A DNA stretch of 64,000 nucleotides from an uncultured Solirubrobacterales bacterium (GCA_963744195.1 CAVUSY010000009.1:225720-289719), one strand, 5' to 3'. Positions 50,897 through 61,489 are shown, counted from the stretch's first letter. Made by a program: numbers and translations. The notes: generated by a model from the letters alone, not told the origin.

Positions 50897-50930
50897 CCCT
50901 TTAACCCGGTCCGGAGAGGCCAGGAAGGAG
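50897..50930 (+). promoter_or_regulatory. PyrR-binding RNA loop overlapping the pyrR SD sequence
   Basis: CCTTTAA..GGTCCGGAGAGGCC..GAAGG fits the CUUUAA/RUCCNGNGAGGY pattern; TAGGCT -10 box at 50877-50882. Confidence 0.85.
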
Positions 50931-50934
50931 CGCA

Positions 50935-51507
50935 GTGAACGCCGCCCCCACGGTCGTGCTTGACCGTGACGACATGCGCCGCACGCTGGTGCGGATCGCC
51001 CATGAGATCGTCGAGAAGAATCCTGGCGGCTCGATCGCAATCGTCGGGATCCAGCGGCGTGGTGCTCACCTCGGTCGCCGTCTCCACGCGCTGACGAGCG
51101 ACCTGCTGGAACCGGCGGTGCCCCTCGGCACGGTGGACATCTCCTTCTACCGCGACGATCTCGCGATCCGTCCGAGCGCGCCGATCGTGCACGCCACCGA
51201 GCTCGACTTTCCGGTCGAGGGGCGGACGATCGTGATCGTCGACGACGTCCTCTACACCGGCCGCACGGTGCGGGCCGCGATCGACGAGATCTTCGACTAC
51301 GGCCGTCCGGCCCGGGTTCAGCTCGCCGCGCTGGTCGACCGGGGCCACCGGGAGCTTCCGATCCGGCCCGACTACGTCGGCAAGAACCTGCCGACCTCAC
51401 AGGATCAGCGGGTCAACGTCCGCGTGGAGGAGGTCGACGGCCACGACGAGGTCACGATCGAGGGTGGACACGGCCCGAAGCCCGAGCGCCGAAGGGAAGC
51501 GGCATGA
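50935..51507 (+). CDS. pyrR: Pyrimidine operon regulator/uracil PRTase
   Basis: RIAHEI, FYRDD, VDDVLYTGRT, DRGHRELPIRPDYVGKN. Confidence 0.97.
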   Translation: MNAAPTVVLDRDDMRRTLVRIAHEIVEKNPGGSIAIVGIQRRGAHLGRRLHALTSDLLEPAVPLGTVDISFYRDDLAIRPSAPIVHATELDFPVEGRTIVIVDDVLYTGRTVRAAIDEIFDYGRPARVQLAALVDRGHRELPIRPDYVGKNLPTSQDQRVNVRVEEVDGHDEVTIEGGHGPKPERRREAA

Positions 51508-52487
51508 CCACGACTCCATCCCGACCCTCGCCCCGCGGATTGGCCCAGCCGGTCAGTTCCCGCCGAATGCCCCGCCATCTGATCTCGATCGACGATCTGG
51601 ATCGGGCCGGCATCGAGCGGATCCTGGACCGCGCCGAGTCGTTCGCGGAGGTCTCTGGTCGTGAGATCAAGAAGGTCCCGGCGCTGCGCGGGCGGACCGT
51701 GGTCAACCTGTTCTACGAGGCGAGCACCCGGACCAGCTCCTCGTTCGAGCTCGCCGCCAAGCGGCTGTCCGCCGACGTGGTGAGCGTCCGCTCGGCCGGC
51801 TCGAGCGTCGACAAGGGCGAATCGCTCAAGGACACCGTTCAGACCCTGTCCGCCTACGAGCCGGCGGCGATCGTGATCCGCTCGCCGCACGCCGGGGCGG
51901 CGCAGTTGGTGGCGGGATGGACCGAAGCGGCGGTGGTGAACGCCGGCGACGGCAAGCACGAGCACCCTACGCAGGCGCTGCTCGACGTGTTCACGCTCCG
52001 GCGCCGGCTCGGCCCGCTCGACGGGACGCGGATCTGGATCGTCGGAGACGTCCTCCACTCCCGGGTCGCGCGCTCGGGGATCCTGGCGTTCACGCGCATG
52101 GGAGCCCAGGTGACGGTGTGCGGGCCGCCCACGCTGCTTCCGCGCGAGATCGAGGCGCTGGGATGCGAGGCCACACCGAGCCTGGATCGGATTGGCGAGG
52201 CGGATGTGGTGTACGTGTTGCGCATGCAGCACGAACGCATGCGCGAGTCCTTCGTGCCGTCGCTGCGCGAGTATGCGGCTCGCTACCAGGTCAACGCGAG
52301 CCGGCTGCGGCCGGGGCAGCTGGTCATGCACCCGGGTCCGGTCAACCGAGGCGTGGAGCTCTCCGGGGACACCATCGATTCGCCTCAGGCGCTGATCGGC
52401 GAGCAGGTCAAAGCGGGCGTCGCGGTGCGGATGGCGGTCCTCTACGAGCTGCTCGTGAGCTCTCCGGTTCTGGCGGCGGCAGGATGA
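51504..52487 (+). CDS. pyrB: Aspartate carbamoyltransferase
   Basis: FYEASTRT, KGESL.DT, HPTQALLD, MHPGP. Confidence 0.97.
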   Translation: MTTTPSRPSPRGLAQPVSSRRMPRHLISIDDLDRAGIERILDRAESFAEVSGREIKKVPALRGRTVVNLFYEASTRTSSSFELAAKRLSADVVSVRSAGSSVDKGESLKDTVQTLSAYEPAAIVIRSPHAGAAQLVAGWTEAAVVNAGDGKHEHPTQALLDVFTLRRRLGPLDGTRIWIVGDVLHSRVARSGILAFTRMGAQVTVCGPPTLLPREIEALGCEATPSLDRIGEADVVYVLRMQHERMRESFVPSLREYAARYQVNASRLRPGQLVMHPGPVNRGVELSGDTIDSPQALIGEQVKAGVAVRMAVLYELLVSSPVLAAAG

Positions 52488-53940
52488 CGCGCGGCGGGAT
52501 GAGCACGAACGGCGATGCAGCGCACCCGTCCGCGGCGATAACGGCCCAGCGGTTGTTCTGCCGCGAGCGCCCGGGGGCCGAGCTGCTGATCCGCGGTGCC
52601 CACGTCCTCGATCCGCGGACGGGGCTCGACGAGGCCCATGACATCCTGGTCCGCGAGGGCCGCATCGCCGAGCTGGGCGCTCCCGGCTCACTGCCGTCCG
52701 CCGACCACCTCGACGTCGATCGACGCCACCGGCAAGCACCTGTTTCCCGGGTTCGTGGACCCGCACGTACACCTGCGCAGTCCCGGCCAGGAGTACAAGG
52801 AGGATCTCGACACGGGCACGGCCGCAGCCGCGGCCGGTGGGTTCTGCGCGATCGTGGCGATGCCCAACACGTCACCTACGGTCGACGGCGCGGCGATCCT
52901 CGGGTCGCTGGTGGAGCAGGCCGGACGCCAAGCGCGCGTGCCGGTCGGCTTCCTGGCGTCGATCACCCGCGGATTGGCGGGCGACGAGCTGACCGAGATG
53001 GCCGAGCTGCGCGACGCCGGTGCGCTTGGCTTCACCGATGACGGCAAGCCCGTCGTCTCCGCCGGCCTGCTGCGCAAGGCGCTGCAGTATCAGCGGCTGT
53101 GCGGCGGCGTCGTCGCCCTCCACGAAGAGGACCCGGAGCTCTCCGGCGATGGAGTCATGCACGAGGGAGCCGTGTCGACCCGCCTCGGGCTGGCCGGGAT
53201 CCCGTCGGTGGCGGAGTCGACGATGGTCGCCCGCGACGGCGCGCTGGCGCTCTACGAGGGCGCTCGCGTGCACTTCCAGCACCTCTCCTGCGTCGGAGTC
53301 GGTGGCGGCGCTGGCCGCGGCCAAGGCGGCCGGTGAGGCCGGGGCCGGTGGGGGGCGCGTCAGCGGCGAAGTCTGCCCGCATCATCTGACCCTGACCGAC
53401 GACATGGTCAGGACGCTCGACAGTCGCTTCAAGATGAATCCGCCGCTGCGCGGCGAGGCCGATCGCCGAGCGCTCGTGGACGCGCTCAGATCGGGCGTGA
53501 TCGACTGCGTCGCCACCGACCACGCCCCGCACGCCAAGCACGAGAAGGAGGTCCCGTTCGAGCAGGCTCCGATGGGCACCACCGGTTTGGAGACCGCGTT
53601 CGCGGCGCTGTTCACCGAGCTGGTGATGCCAGGCGAGCTGCGGCTGGCGACGCTGGTGGAGCGGATGACGGCGGGGGCGGCGCTGTATGGCCTCGCCACT
53701 CCGCGGATCGCAGTCGGCGAGGCCGCCAACCTGTGCCTGGTCGACCTCGACGCCCGCTTCGTGGTCGGCGAGGACGGCTATGCGAGCCGCTCCTCCAACT
53801 GCTGCTTTGAAGGCCGCAGGCTCCACGGCCGGGTGCTGCTGACGGTCGCGGCCGGCTCGGTCGCCTACCTGCGTCCGATGCTGGTCTCGCGGCCCCCGGT
53901 CACCACCGCCGGCAACGGCTCGCCGGTCGAGGCCGGTTAG
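52484..53940 (+). CDS. pyrC: Dihydroorotase, frameshifts near 52718 and 53292
   Basis: DPHVHLR, MPNT, FTDDG, EVCPHHL, KMNPPLR, ATDHAPH across three frames. Confidence 0.93.
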
Positions 53941-53941
53941 C

Positions 53942-55198
53942 GTGGCCTCGGTACCGGCCAGCGCCTACGTCCTGCTCGAGGACGGGACGCGCTTCGACGG
54001 GATCGCCTGCGGCGCCGACGCGCCCGCGGTGGGGGAGATCGTCTTCACCACCTCGATGTCGGGCTACCAGGAAGCCGTCACCGACCCCAGCTACAGCGGT
54101 CAGCTGATCGTGTTCACCTACCCCCAGATCGGTAACTACGGCGTCAGCACGGAGGCGATGGAGTCAGATCGCGTGCACGCGCGGGCGGCGATCATGCGGG
54201 TCGGCGTCGACCGCGAGGACGCCCCCGGCGCCGAAGCCGGGTGGCTGAGCTGGCTCACCGACCGGGGCATCCCGGCCATCACCGACCTCGACACCCGAGC
54301 GCTGGTGCGCCACATCCGGGAAGCCGGTGCGATGCGGGGCGGGGTGTTCCCGGCCCGGGTCGACCCGGCGACCGCCCGCGAGCTGATCGCCGCCGAGCCC
54401 CCGATGACCGGCCGCGACCTGGCCCGCGAGGTGGGTACAGCAGAGCTCGTCGTGCTTCCGCCCACCGAGCGTTCGGACACCCGAATCACCAGGAGTTGGC
54501 CGCCAGGCCAACTCTCAAGCGATTCGCGAACGCGAATCGCCATGATCGACACCGGGGTCAAGCGCTCGATCCTGGCCAACCTCCGTCAGCGCGGAGCCAC
54601 CGTGGAGCTTCACCCCTGCGACGTCAGCGCCGAGGAGCTGCTCGCCGGCGACCCCGACGCCGTGTTCCTGGCCAACGGGCCCGGCGATCCGGGCGCGCTT
54701 GACTACGTGGTCGCCACGGTGCGCGAGCTGGTCGGGCGCAAGCCGGTGTACGGCATCTGCCTCGGCCACCAGCTGCTGTGCCGCGCCGTCGGCCTGGAGA
54801 CCTACAAGCTCCCCTTCGGCCACCATGGCGCCAACCACCCGGTCAAGGACCTAACGACCGGCCGGACCGAGATCACGAGCCAGAACCACGGCTTCGCGGT
54901 CCTCGGCCCGAGTGGGGCGCGCACCATCGACCGCGACGAGGCGATCCGGTGGGAGACCGACTTCGGGGCCGCCGAGCTGACCCACATCAACCTCTACGAC
55001 CGTACCGTCGAGGGTCTGACGCTGCGCGACGTGCAGGGCGCCACGGTGCAGTATCACCCCGAGGCGGGACCCGGCCCGCACGACGCCCTGTACCTGTTCG
55101 ACCGCTTCGTGGCGGAGATTGCGGAATCGGCGGAATCTGCTGGCGCAGATTCCGTTGGAGAATCGCCCAGAGGGCGATTCTCCGGAGGGGCACGGTAA
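53942..55198 (+). CDS. carA: Carbamoyl-phosphate synthase small subunit
   Basis: [36 protein letters not shown]. Confidence 0.97.
   Translation: MASVPASAYVLLEDGTRFDGIACGADAPAVGEIVFTTSMSGYQEAVTDPSYSGQLIVFTYPQIGNYGVSTEAMESDRVHARAAIMRVGVDREDAPGAEAGWLSWLTDRGIPAITDLDTRALVRHIREAGAMRGGVFPARVDPATARELIAAEPPMTGRDLAREVGTAELVVLPPTERSDTRITRSWPPGQLSSDSRTRIAMIDTGVKRSILANLRQRGATVELHPCDVSAEELLAGDPDAVFLANGPGDPGALDYVVATVRELVGRKPVYGICLGHQLLCRAVGLETYKLPFGHHGANHPVKDLTTGRTEITSQNHGFAVLGPSGARTIDRDEAIRWETDFGAAELTHINLYDRTVEGLTLRDVQGATVQYHPEAGPGPHDALYLFDRFVAEIAESAESAGADSVGESPRGRFSGGAR
54470..54540. repeat. Tandem/nested palindromes inside carA
   Basis: GAGTTGGCC-GCCA-GGCCAACTC (54493-54514) and GCGATTCGCG-AA-CGCGAATCGC (54519-54540). 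Confidence 0.9.
55131..55183. repeat. Two perfect palindromes in the carA 3' end
   Basis: CGGAATCTGC-TGGC-GCAGATTCCG and GGAGAATCGCCC-AGA-GGGCGATTCTCC. Confidence 0.9.
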
Positions 55199-55203
55199 CG
55201 GCC

Positions 55204-58200
55204 ATGCCCCGCCGCGACGACCTGCACAAGATCATGCTGCTGGGGTCGGGCCCGATCGTGATCGGCCAGGCGGCCGAGTTCGACTACTCGGGAACGCAGG
55301 CCTGCCGAGTCCTGGTTCAGGAGGGCTACGAGGTCGTACTGGTCAATTCCAATCCGGCCACGATCATGACCGACCCCGAGGTAGCGACCGCGACCTACAT
55401 CGAACCGTTGCTGCCGGGGCCGGTGGCGCAGGTGATCGAGCGCGAGCGGCCCGACGCGCTGCTGCCGACCCTGGGCGGCCAGACCGCGCTCAACCTGTCC
55501 AAGGCGCTGCACGAGGACGGGACCCTGGAGCGCTTCGGCGTGGAGCTGATCGGCGCCGACTACGAGGCGATCGACCGCGCGGAGGACCGGGAGCGCTTCC
55601 GCGACACCATGACCGCTGCGGGGCTGCGCGTCCCGCGCTCGGCCATCGCCCACAATCTTGACGACGCCTACGCCGCGGTCACTGACCTCGGGCTGCCGTT
55701 GATCGTCCGCCCGGCGTTCACGCTCGGCGGCAGCGGCGGCGGGGTGGTGGCCACGGAGTCGGACATCCCCCGTGTGGTCGGAGGCGGCCTGGCCGCGTCG
55801 CCGATCGGCCAGGTGCTGCTGGAGGAGTCGGTGCTGGGATGGGGCGAGTTTGAGCTCGAGGTGATGCGCGACAGCTCCGACAACGTGGTGATCGTCTGCT
55901 CGATCGAGAACCTCGACCCGATGGGTGTTCACACCGGCGACAGCGTCTGCGTCGCACCCCAGCAGACGCTCACCGACAAGCAGTACCAGGCCCTGCGCGA
56001 TCAGGCCATCGCCGTCATCCGGGCGGTGGGGGTCGAGACCGGCGGCTCCAACGTCCAGTTCGCGGTCAACCGCGCCACCGACGAGATCGTGGTGATCGAG
56101 ATGAATCCGCGGGTGTCGCGCTCCAGTGCCCTGGCCAGCAAGGCGACGGGATTCCCGATCGCCAAGATCGCGGCCCGGCTAGCGGTCGGCTACACGCTGC
56201 AGGAGATCCCCAACGACATAACGCTCGCCACGCCGGCGAGCTTTGAGCCTGCGCTCGACTACTGCGTGGTGAAGTGGCCGCGGTTCGCGTTTGAGAAGTT
56301 CCCCGGGGCCGAGCCGGGGCTCACCACCCACATGAAGTCCGTGGGGGAGGCGATGGCGATGGGCCGGACCTTCCAGCAGGCGTTCGCCAAGGCGCTGCGC
56401 TCGCGCGAGCTCGACTCGCAACCGCGCCCTCCCGACGACGATCACGAGCTGCTGGCGCGCCTCGAGGTGCCCGGCGCCGAGCGCTACGACCACCTGCTGG
56501 AGGCGCTGCGGCGTGGCATCTCGATCCAGGAGCTCGAGCGGCGGACCAGCATCGATCCGTGGTTCCTGCACGAGCTGAGCGCGCTGGCCCTCGATCCCGA
56601 CGCGCCGTTCACCGGTGTGCGGACCTACAAGGCGGTCGACACGTGCGCGGCGGAGTTCGCGGCCCAGACCCCGTACTACTACTCGGCCTGGGAGCGCCCG
56701 GGATCGGACCCCGCCAGCCCTCGCCACGAGGTCACTCGCGGCGAGCGGCCCAGCGTGGTCATCCTGGGCTCGGGCCCCAACCGGATCGGGCAGGGCATCG
56801 AGTTCGACTACTGCTGCGTCCACGCCGCCGAGACGGTCCGCGCGCTCGGCCGCGATGCGGTCATGATCAACTGCAACCCCGAGACGGTCTCCACCGACTA
56901 CGACATCTCCGATCGGCTGTACTTCGAGCCGTTGACGCTGGAGGACGTGACTGCGGTCTGCGAGCTCGAGCGACCAGAAGGCGTGGTGGTCCAGTTCGGG
57001 GGCCAGACCCCGTTGAAGCTCGCCGCGGGACTGCACGAGGCGGGCTTCTCGATCCTCGGCACCAGCATCGATGCGATCGATCTGGCCGAGGACCGCTCGC
57101 GCTTCGGCGCGCTGCTGGACCGGCTCGGCTACAAGGCCCCACCGTACGCCACCGCTCGCTGCGCCGAGGACGCGCTGGAGCGTGCACCGCACGTCGGCTT
57201 CCCGCTGCTGGTGCGCCCCAGCTACGTGCTCGGAGGACGGGCGATGGAGATCGTCTACAGCGTCGAAGGTCTGAGCGATTATCTGCGGCGAGCTGGGCAC
57301 TACGATGCGCCGGGGATTCGCGCCAGCGAATCCCCCCAGCCGCCGAAGGCGGCCATCTACCTCGACCGCTTCCTGGAGGACTCGATCGAAGTCGACGTCG
57401 ACGCCCTGTGCGACGGCGAGGACGTGTGGATCGCCGGAATCATGCAGCACGTGGAGGAGGCGGGGATCCACTCCGGGGACTCCGCCTGCGTGCTGCCGCC
57501 GCACGCCCTCGGCGAGGAGATGCTGGCCCAGATCCGCGACCAGACGGCCGGGATCGCCCGCGCGCTGGGGGTGGTCGGCCTGCTCAACGTCCAGTTCGCG
57601 ATTCACGGTGACGACGGACTGCACGTGATCGAGGCCAACCCGCGCGCCTCCCGGACCGTCCCGTTCGTCTCCAAGGCCATCGGCCTGCCGTTGGCCAAGC
57701 TGGCCTGCCGGATCATGCTGGGCGAGCGCATCTCCGACCTGGAGCTGCCCGCCGATCCGGCCAACGGTCACGTCTGCGTCAAGGAAGCCGTGCTCCCCTT
57801 CAACCGCTTTGCCGGGGCTGACTCGTTGCTGGGACCGGAGATGCGTTCGACCGGTGAGGTGATGGGAATCGCCCCGGACTTCCCGACCGCGTTCGCCAAG
57901 GCCCAAGCCGCCGCCGGCGCGGGCCTGCCCAGCCGGGGCACGGTGTTCATCACCGTCGCCGACGGCGATAAGCCCGCTGCCACCGGGATCGCCACCTCGC
58001 TGCACGACCTCGGCTTCAAGATCGTCGCGACGCGGGGCACGGCGCAGGCGGTCCGGCGGATGGGCATACCGGCCCAGGACATCAACAAGGTCGCCGAAGG
58101 CTCCCCGCACGTGGTCGACTGGATCGAGCGCGGCGACGTCGACCTCGTGATCAACACGCCGATCGGCACCGGCGCTCGGTCAGACGGCTATGAGATCCGT

Positions 58201-58416
58201 TCAGCCGCGATCACGCGGGGGATCCCGTGCGTCACCACGATGGCGGGGGGGATGGCGGCGGCGCGGGCGATCGCGGCGGCCCAGCGAGGCGCACCCGATG
58301 TGGTCTCGCTGCAGGAGATCCACCGCCACCGCCACGAGCGGCCACCGAGCGACGAGCCGCTACCGAGCGACGAGCCGTCGCCGAGCGGCGTGCAGCGTCC
58401 GAGCGAGGTGCATTGA
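55204..58416 (+). CDS. carB: Carbamoyl-phosphate synthase large subunit
   Basis: [48 protein letters not shown] domain. Confidence 0.98.
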   Translation: MPRRDDLHKIMLLGSGPIVIGQAAEFDYSGTQACRVLVQEGYEVVLVNSNPATIMTDPEVATATYIEPLLPGPVAQVIERERPDALLPTLGGQTALNLSKALHEDGTLERFGVELIGADYEAIDRAEDRERFRDTMTAAGLRVPRSAIAHNLDDAYAAVTDLGLPLIVRPAFTLGGSGGGVVATESDIPRVVGGGLAASPIGQVLLEESVLGWGEFELEVMRDSSDNVVIVCSIENLDPMGVHTGDSVCVAPQQTLTDKQYQALRDQAIAVIRAVGVETGGSNVQFAVNRATDEIVVIEMNPRVSRSSALASKATGFPIAKIAARLAVGYTLQEIPNDITLATPASFEPALDYCVVKWPRFAFEKFPGAEPGLTTHMKSVGEAMAMGRTFQQAFAKALRSRELDSQPRPPDDDHELLARLEVPGAERYDHLLEALRRGISIQELERRTSIDPWFLHELSALALDPDAPFTGVRTYKAVDTCAAEFAAQTPYYYSAWERPGSDPASPRHEVTRGERPSVVILGSGPNRIGQGIEFDYCCVHAAETVRALGRDAVMINCNPETVSTDYDISDRLYFEPLTLEDVTAVCELERPEGVVVQFGGQTPLKLAAGLHEAGFSILGTSIDAIDLAEDRSRFGALLDRLGYKAPPYATARCAEDALERAPHVGFPLLVRPSYVLGGRAMEIVYSVEGLSDYLRRAGHYDAPGIRASESPQPPKAAIYLDRFLEDSIEVDVDALCDGEDVWIAGIMQHVEEAGIHSGDSACVLPPHALGEEMLAQIRDQTAGIARALGVVGLLNVQFAIHGDDGLHVIEANPRASRTVPFVSKAIGLPLAKLACRIMLGERISDLELPADPANGHVCVKEAVLPFNRFAGADSLLGPEMRSTGEVMGIAPDFPTAFAKAQAAAGAGLPSRGTVFITVADGDKPAATGIATSLHDLGFKIVATRGTAQAVRRMGIPAQDINKVAEGSPHVVDWIERGDVDLVINTPIGTGARSDGYEIRSAAITRGIPCVTTMAGGMAAARAIAAAQRGAPDVVSLQEIHRHRHERPPSDEPLPSDEPSPSGVQRPSEVH
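57312..57335. repeat. Perfect palindrome inside carB
   Basis: GGGGATTCGC-GCCA-GCGAATCCCC. Confidence 0.9.
58345..58410 (+). repeat. 18-bp tandem repeat (4 decaying copies) in the carB tail
   Basis: CCGAGCG recurs every 18 nt, encoding [22 protein letters not shown]. Confidence 0.8.
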
Positions 58417-59225
58417 GCCCGGAACGGGTGACCGCGCCATTCGGCCGTCGGCCAGCCCGGATCACCGCGCGTGAGCAGTACGGCGCCTACGTGGTGCTGC
58501 GCTGCAGCGATCCCGGCGGCCCACGCCCGCAGGCCGGCCAGTTCTACATGCTCACCGCCGCACAGCGGTGGGGCGGAGGGGAATCCGAGCGGCCGTTCCT
58601 GCCCCGGGCGTTCAGCGTCATGCGCGCGTCGGCGTCCGGCGGCGAGCTGCAGTTCCTGCTCGAGGACGTCGGCCCCGGCACCGAGCGACTGTGCGAGCTC
58701 AAACGCGGCGACGAGCTGCTGCTGGTCGGTCCGCTCGGGGCCGGCTTCCAGCCGCCCGTCCCGGGACGGCGGCCGGTGCTGGCGGGGGGCGGCGTGGGGA
58801 TCGCTCCGCTGGCGATCTGGCAGGATCAGCTGGGGCTGTCCACGCCAGTGCTGCTGGGCTTCCGGGACGCTCTGCACGCGCAGGGGGCGACCCTGTTCAG
58901 CGGGGCCCGGGTCGCCACCGACGACGGTAGCGCCGGGCACTACGGACTCGTCACCGACCTGCTCGCGGCCGAGCTCGCCCGCGATCCGCGAGCCGAGGTG
59001 TACGCCTGCGGCCCTCCGGCGATGCTCGAGGCGGTGCGCATCCTCTGTGCTCGGCGTGACATTCCGGCCCAGCTGGCGCTGGAGTCCGGCATGGCGTGCG
59101 GCTTCGGAGCGTGCTTCGGATGTGTGGTGCCGACCCGCCACGGCTACGTCCGGGTCTGCGTCGACGGGCCGGTGTTGCGGGCCTCGGAGCTCGACACCGC
59201 GCTGGTGGCCGGAGCCGGGCATTGA
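58413..59225 (+). CDS. pyrK: Dihydroorotate dehydrogenase electron-transfer subunit
   Basis: [35 protein letters not shown]...VCVDGPV; TTG start overlapping the carB stop. Confidence 0.93.
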   Translation: MSPERVTAPFGRRPARITAREQYGAYVVLRCSDPGGPRPQAGQFYMLTAAQRWGGGESERPFLPRAFSVMRASASGGELQFLLEDVGPGTERLCELKRGDELLLVGPLGAGFQPPVPGRRPVLAGGGVGIAPLAIWQDQLGLSTPVLLGFRDALHAQGATLFSGARVATDDGSAGHYGLVTDLLAAELARDPRAEVYACGPPAMLEAVRILCARRDIPAQLALESGMACGFGACFGCVVPTRHGYVRVCVDGPVLRASELDTALVAGAGH

Positions 59226-60109
59226 GCGTTGACTTCTGCGGCATCCCGCTCGCGCACCCGATCATCAATGCGTCAGGGACGTTTGACGCGATCGCCGCCC
59301 GCAGGGCATTTGGCGACGAGCTACTGCACCGCTTCCCGTTTAGCGCCTTCGTGTCCAAGACGGTGACCATCAGCCCGCGACAGGGCAATCCGCCCCCGCG
59401 CCTGTGGGAGCTGCCGGCCGGTCTGATGAACTCGATCGGCCTGCCCAACCGGGGCCTGGAGGGGTATCTGGCGCACGACCTGCCCGAACTGGCGCAGCTG
59501 CCGGTGCCGCTGATCGTCAACGTGATGGGATTCAGCCGCGCCGAGGTCAGCGAGCTCGTGACCGCCTTCGCGCGGCGCCAGGAGGTCGCGGCGCTCGAAC
59601 TCAATGTGTCCTGTCCCAACGTTGAGACGGGGCTGGTGATGGGGGCCGACCCGCGCGAGGTGGCGCTCCTGCTGCAAGCCGTGCGACCGCTGACCGACAA
59701 GCCGCTGATCGTCAAGCTGACCCCCAACGCCAGCGACGTGCCGGCGGTGGCGGTGGCCGCCCAGGAAGCCGGAGCGGACGCCGTCTCGCTGATCAACACC
59801 GTGCGCGGGATGGCACTGGACCCCCGTTCGGGCGAGCCCTGGCTGGGAGGCGGGACCGGTGGCGTTTCGGGCCCGGCGGTGCGCGCGATCGCGCTGGCAC
59901 AGGTTCACTCCGTGTGCGAGGCGGTGCAGATCCCGGTGGTGGGGATGGGTGGCGTTCAGACCGGCGCGGATGCCCTCGATCTGATGCGTGTCGGAGCCAC
60001 CCTGGTGGCGGTCGGGACCGAGAGCTTTCGTGACCCCGCCGCCGCGGGGCGCATCGCCGCGGAGCAGTCGCCGACGACCGCCGGGATCCCGGATTCGGTA
60101 CCTCGCTGA
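59222..60109 (+). CDS. pyrD: Dihydroorotate dehydrogenase (class 1B)
   Basis: ASGTF, GNPPPR, NSIGL.N, NVSCPN, VKLTPN, LINT, GGVSG. Confidence 0.95.
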   Translation: MSVDFCGIPLAHPIINASGTFDAIAARRAFGDELLHRFPFSAFVSKTVTISPRQGNPPPRLWELPAGLMNSIGLPNRGLEGYLAHDLPELAQLPVPLIVNVMGFSRAEVSELVTAFARRQEVAALELNVSCPNVETGLVMGADPREVALLLQAVRPLTDKPLIVKLTPNASDVPAVAVAAQEAGADAVSLINTVRGMALDPRSGEPWLGGGTGGVSGPAVRAIALAQVHSVCEAVQIPVVGMGGVQTGADALDLMRVGATLVAVGTESFRDPAAAGRIAAEQSPTTAGIPDSVPR

Positions 60110-60253
60110 CAGCCCAGCGGGGTGCCTATCCCCGCGGACGGTCGAGACTTCACCGGTCTCGACAAAGACCCTGCAAAAGCTGGCTATTCCCGAAACTAGG
60201 CTCGACATTGCTGGACCTCAGGTTGAGGTTCAGCTGAATTACCCGGTTTTGGC

Positions 60254-60281
60254 TTGATCGCCCGGCCCCAAGATGTATAGT
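60254..60281 (+). promoter_or_regulatory. Housekeeping-sigma promoter for mihF (leaderless)
   Basis: TTGATC-N16-TATAGT, 8 nt upstream of ATG 60290. Confidence 0.65.
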
Positions 60282-60289
60282 CGCCGCCC

Positions 60290-60634
60290 ATGCCGCCGGT
60301 GAGTGAGTCGTTCTCAAAACCAGTCGCCGCACCCGAACGTTCGCTCGTACAGCGGATGGAGGCGCTTCAGCGCGCCAACGATATCCGCAGCCGCCGCGCC
60401 CAGCTCAAGCGCGATCTCAAAGCGGGTCGCCAGCCGATCCATGAGCTGCTGCTCGACCCGCCGGATTACCTGCAGACGGCCAAGGTGTTCGACCTCCTGC
60501 TCGCGGTCCCCAAGTACGGCCGCGTGAAGGTCAACAAGATCCTCTCCTCGTGCCGGATCTCGCCGAGCAAGACACTCGGCGGTCTGTCCGAGCGTCAGCG
60601 GGGCGAGTTGGTCACGCTGATGCGCCGCCGCTGA
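60290..60634 (+). CDS. mihF: Actinobacterial integration host factor
   Basis: QR..AL..A...R..RA.LK..LK.G, KV..LL..VP..G.VK, GLSERQR; located upstream of gmk. Confidence 0.9.
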   Translation: MPPVSESFSKPVAAPERSLVQRMEALQRANDIRSRRAQLKRDLKAGRQPIHELLLDPPDYLQTAKVFDLLLAVPKYGRVKVNKILSSCRISPSKTLGGLSERQRGELVTLMRRR

Positions 60635-60654
60635 GCCCTCGGCGGCCCGGCACG

Positions 60655-61230
60655 GTGGCCAGAGTGTTCGTGATCACCGGCCCCTCCGGGGTCGGCAAGG
60701 GGACGCTGATCCGGGGTCTGCTGCAGCGAGTGCCCGGGCTGGAGCTGTCGGTCTCCGCCACCACGCGAGCGCCGCGGCCGGGGGAACGTGACGGCGCCGA
60801 ATATCACTTCATGACCGCCGAGGAGTTCGACCGCCGCGCGGGCGACGGGGAGTTCGTCGAGCACGCCACCTACTCCGGTCGCCGCTACGGCACCCTGCGC
60901 TCCGAGCTCGAGGGACGCCTGCGTCGCGGCGCTCCGGTCGTGCTGGAGATCGAGCTGCAGGGCGCACGGCAGGTCCGCGAGGCGATGCCCGACGCCCTGG
61001 CGGTGTTCATCGCGCCGCCCTCACGCGAGGCGCTGAGGGCGCGGCTGGTGGGTCGCGGCACCGACGCTCCCGAGGAGATCGAGCAGCGAATGCGGACCGC
61101 CGACCGCGAGCTCGAGGCCCAGCCCGAGTTCGCCCACGTCGTCGTAAACGATCGGCTGGAGCAGGCCACCGATCAGCTCGAGGCGATCGTGCAGGAAGCG
61201 CTGGCGGGAAAGCCTCAAGCCGACCGCTAA
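60655..61230 (+). CDS. gmk: Guanylate kinase
   Basis: GPSGVGKGT, SATTRAPRPGE, YGT. Confidence 0.97.
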   Translation: MARVFVITGPSGVGKGTLIRGLLQRVPGLELSVSATTRAPRPGERDGAEYHFMTAEEFDRRAGDGEFVEHATYSGRRYGTLRSELEGRLRRGAPVVLEIELQGARQVREAMPDALAVFIAPPSREALRARLVGRGTDAPEEIEQRMRTADRELEAQPEFAHVVVNDRLEQATDQLEAIVQEALAGKPQADR

Positions 61231-61261
61231 CCTTGCAGGCCCCGACCAAAGGTAGCCATCC

Positions 61262-61489
61262 GTGATCTCACCCCGCATCGACAAGCTGCTCGAGCACGTT
61301 GACTCCGACTATGCGAGCGTGGTCGTGGCGGCCAAGCGCGCGCGTCAGATCAACTCCTACTACCACAACCTCGGCGAAGGAACCTTCGATGAGTTCCCGC
61401 CGCCGATGGTCGACACCCGCTCCAAGAACTATCTGACGATCGCCCTCGAGGAAGTCGCTCAAGGCAAGATCAAGTACCACTACCGGTAG
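61262..61489 (+). CDS. rpoZ: RNA polymerase omega subunit
   Basis: IDKLL..VDS.Y..V..AAKRARQINSYY, IALEEV. Confidence 0.95.
   Translation: MISPRIDKLLEHVDSDYASVVVAAKRARQINSYYHNLGEGTFDEFPPPMVDTRSKNYLTIALEEVAQGKIKYHYR

Noticed and set aside
52700-53300. Programmed ribosomal frameshifting in pyrC, rnz or recJ
   Set aside because: No slippery heptamer or common context, and several shifts per gene; sequencing error is simpler.
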